Source: an uncultured Alphaproteobacteria bacterium | GTDB lineage: Bacteria; Pseudomonadota; Alphaproteobacteria; Rhizobiales; Xanthobacteraceae | Direction of reading: 5' to 3' | Assembly: GCA_963739825.1 (NCBI GenBank) | Contig: CAVUBU010000003.1 | Span: forward strand, 12,861-76,860 | DNA: 64,000 nt | In this document: positions 61,862-64,000 of the stretch, in pieces | How positions within the stretch are numbered: position 1 is the stretch's first letter | How the letters are laid out: each line of letters opens with the position of its first letter | Program-made: the position numbers and the translations under genes | The notes under the pieces: model-generated | The model's input: only the letters and a program-made list of their open reading frames with translations | Databases searched by the model: none | Told to the model about the DNA's origin: nothing

Positions 61862-62821
61862 ATGAAGCCGCTTTCTGCATTCGCCCTCGGCGCAACTTTT
61901 CTTCTCGCGCCGCTCTTCGCGCCCTCCTTGGCCGACGTCGCCACCGCCCAAGGCCAGACGCCGCCACCTGCGCCCTCGCCCACCGCCAAACTCAACGCCT
62001 ATGTCGGCTGCCTCAACCGGCTGTCGGAGCGCGCCTACAGTTCGCGCTCGCGCTATTTCAGCTGGGCCAGCAAGAACGGCCCGACCGGCCGCGAGCGCAT
62101 CATCTACGGCACCTACACCATCTACGACACATCCGACTGCAGGAAGAACGTCGAGGCGGCCAATGCGCTGGAGCCGCACGACGGCGCGCTGGAAGCCGCC
62201 GCCGCGGCCTTTGCGGAGGCCGCGGGCCAGCTCGAACCGCTGCTCAAGGAGGCCGACGACTATTATTCCGCGGAGGACTACAAGGACGACAAGATGGCCA
62301 AGGGCAAGGCGCTGCATCCGCGTTTGGTCGCCGCCTGGGATGCGTTCGCCCACGCCGACCGGGCGCTGCGTGGCGAAGTCGAAGCCATCAACGACAAACG
62401 CGCGCTGGAGAAACTCGCCGCGATCGAGGCAAGCGAAGGCCGCAAGGCGCGCTATCACGTCGAGGCGCTGATGATCCACGCCAAGCGCGTGCTGCGCGCG
62501 GAGAATGCGGCAAAGCCCGAGCTCGCCGCGATCACAAAAGCGCTGAAGGAATACGAAGACATCGTCAAGGCAACCGAACAGGTCTCCGCCGCCGACGGCG
62601 GCGGCAAGATCGGCTCACTTTTCATGAGCAACGCCAAGTCGTTCCTGGTCACGGCCAAGCAGCTGATGCGCCGCCTGCGCGATCACGTGCCCTACAGTGC
62701 CGGCGACAAGATGATGCTCAACGCCAACGGTGCCGGCTGGATGGTCGAGGGCTCGCCGCCGCGGCTTTCGCGCGACTACAATCAGCTGGTCGATGCCTAC
62801 AATCGCGGCGCCCGAATTTAG
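61862..62821 (+). CDS. YiiG/DUF3829-like secreted helical protein
   Basis: Signal peptide; KLNAYVGCLN; YY..EDYKDDKMAKGKALHPRL pattern. Confidence 0.75.
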   Translation: MKPLSAFALGATFLLAPLFAPSLADVATAQGQTPPPAPSPTAKLNAYVGCLNRLSERAYSSRSRYFSWASKNGPTGRERIIYGTYTIYDTSDCRKNVEAANALEPHDGALEAAAAAFAEAAGQLEPLLKEADDYYSAEDYKDDKMAKGKALHPRLVAAWDAFAHADRALRGEVEAINDKRALEKLAAIEASEGRKARYHVEALMIHAKRVLRAENAAKPELAAITKALKEYEDIVKATEQVSAADGGGKIGSLFMSNAKSFLVTAKQLMRRLRDHVPYSAGDKMMLNANGAGWMVEGSPPRLSRDYNQLVDAYNRGARI

Positions 62822-62841
62822 CGGGCGGGCGCGTTTGGTGA

Positions 62842-62870
62842 CTTGTCCGCCGAAGCTCGGAGAGCGAAGG
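62842..62870. repeat. Short repeat, copy 2
   Basis: cttgtccgccgaagctcggagagcgaagg resembles 58918-58951. Confidence 0.6.
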
Positions 62871-62927
62871 GGCGCGGCGCGGCAAAGCCCGCGAACCCGC
62901 TATCGAACGCTCAAATGCCCGCCGCCT

Positions 62928-63218
62928 TCACGGCACGGCAAGGGCCGCATTCCGGCTCTCGCTATCCTGCGCGAGATAGACGATCGTCAGCATTCTTTGA
63001 AAAAGCACGGAGCGCGATTTCGGCGGCAGAATGTCGAAGGCCGCTTCGACAAAAGGCTCGACCAGTTCCATCCCGTCGGCCTTCCACAGGCAGCGGCAGC
63101 ATTCCATGAACTTTGTTTCGGCCGGATCGCCGCCGGCCCGCAAGATCGGTTCGATCTCTTTCAGGACCTGTCCCAGCGACTGCTTCAGCTGCGCATCGAC
63201 TTCACTTTTCCCGCGCAT
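62928..63218 (-). CDS. Hypothetical protein (96 aa)
   Basis: GGGAGG RBS before ATG 63218; ordinary globular composition, unlike the shadow ORFs. Confidence 0.65.
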   Translation of the reverse strand: MRGKSEVDAQLKQSLGQVLKEIEPILRAGGDPAETKFMECCRCLWKADGMELVEPFVEAAFDILPPKSRSVLFQRMLTIVYLAQDSESRNAALAVP

Positions 63219-63357
63219 GATCGCCTCCCCAATTCCACTAATCGACGTTTGCCGCCGATGTTTCGCGGCCTGTGCTGTTTTCGATTGTACGGGCTCGATG
63301 ATTACCCGTATAGGCGGGCTTACCGTGATCCGCGCGTTACCGGCGCGCACCGCGCAA

Positions 63358-63388
63358 AAGACCGGGCTTTCACCCGGTCTTCTTTTTT
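63358..63388. terminator. Intrinsic terminator
   Basis: aagaccggg-ctttca-cccggtctt flanked by A and T runs. Confidence 0.75.
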
Positions 63389-63405
63389 GCGCTCGGCGCT
63401 CGCCC

Positions 63406-63846
63406 CTACCTCACCGAAATCGCCAAGCCGTTGAGGTCGGCGCTGACGATCGCGCCGGCCGAGCGGCCGGTGAGCGAGAGCACCGCGCCCTTCTGGTTGG
63501 TGAGCACGATCGCCTGTGCGCCGCGCCCGAGCGCCGCGCCGACGTTCCCGGCGGCATAGACGCCGGCGACATCCGACGGCCGGTGGATATTGCTCACCGT
63601 GCCGTGGAAGCGCGTCTCGGAGGCGCCGAAGGTGAAGCCGTAACTAATGCCGCCGATCGAGATCGGATAGCTGCGGCCGTGGAAGGTGAGCGTGCCGCTG
63701 CCGCCGGAGCCGCCGATAATGAAGCCGGCCTTGACCACGCGGAAGCTGATGCTGCCGCTGTCGGCGCGCGCGGCCGACGACAGGCCGATGGCCGCGAAAG
63801 CGATCAGCGCGATCAGTGCGGCACGAAAAGCGGATGAAATTCGCAT
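63406..63846 (-). CDS. Hypothetical secreted Gly-rich beta-strand protein
   Basis: GGGAG RBS, signal peptide ending ARA, KAGFIIGGSGGSGTLTF pattern. Confidence 0.75.
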   Translation of the reverse strand: MRISSAFRAALIALIAFAAIGLSSAARADSGSISFRVVKAGFIIGGSGGSGTLTFHGRSYPISIGGISYGFTFGASETRFHGTVSNIHRPSDVAGVYAAGNVGAALGRGAQAIVLTNQKGAVLSLTGRSAGAIVSADLNGLAISVR

Positions 63847-64000
63847 GATGGTTTCTCCCGTTATGGTCTCTGTTGCGCCTGGCGCGATGGCAGCCCGTTT
63901 CCCGGCGCCCTCACCGCTTGATTAGCCCAATGATACTCGCCTTGGCCAGCGTGGCAAAATTGAGGTTGAATCGTGCCGCCGGTGCTGGCCGCGGCTCCTT

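Overview
This is a GC-rich alphaproteobacterial chromosome segment. Gene content and order suggest Hyphomicrobiales, probably Xanthobacteraceae/Nitrobacteraceae; that assignment is an inference. Most of it is housekeeping backbone: pth-rplY, lgt-midA-pgeF-prs, proC, a MarR-OmpR-EnvZ trio opposite ilvE, moaDE-pgsA-uvrC, two Omp25/RopB genes, csp-rlmJ-RNase T2, rsmE, ubiA, sahR-metF-metH, panE, kup, tctBA and thiC. Two accessory patches interrupt it. The first (about 19.7-26.9 kb) holds a patatin, a frameshifted adenylate-forming enzyme, a dehydrogenase, a TctC, a His/Trp-repeat secreted peptide and an IS1182. The second (about 58.9-62.9 kb) holds a lower-GC membrane-protein gene split by IS256, a solo BrnA antitoxin, several REP-like palindrome families and a DUF3829-like gene. 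I saw no rRNA, tRNA, CRISPR array, integrase or prophage. The best leads are: (1) an uncharacterised multi-TM protein placed first under a TPP riboswitch and translationally coupled to thiC; (2) a LexA box straddling the -35 of a near-consensus promoter in front of an exported RNase T2; (3) a reconstructable 249-aa membrane-anchored helical protein disrupted by IS256; (4) an unlisted 27-aa single-TM protein and a 70-aa (W-x-G-H-x-G)4 secreted peptide; (5) a kinase-less REC-Hpt plus REC-REC pair. All family assignments come from motif recognition by eye, not database searches.
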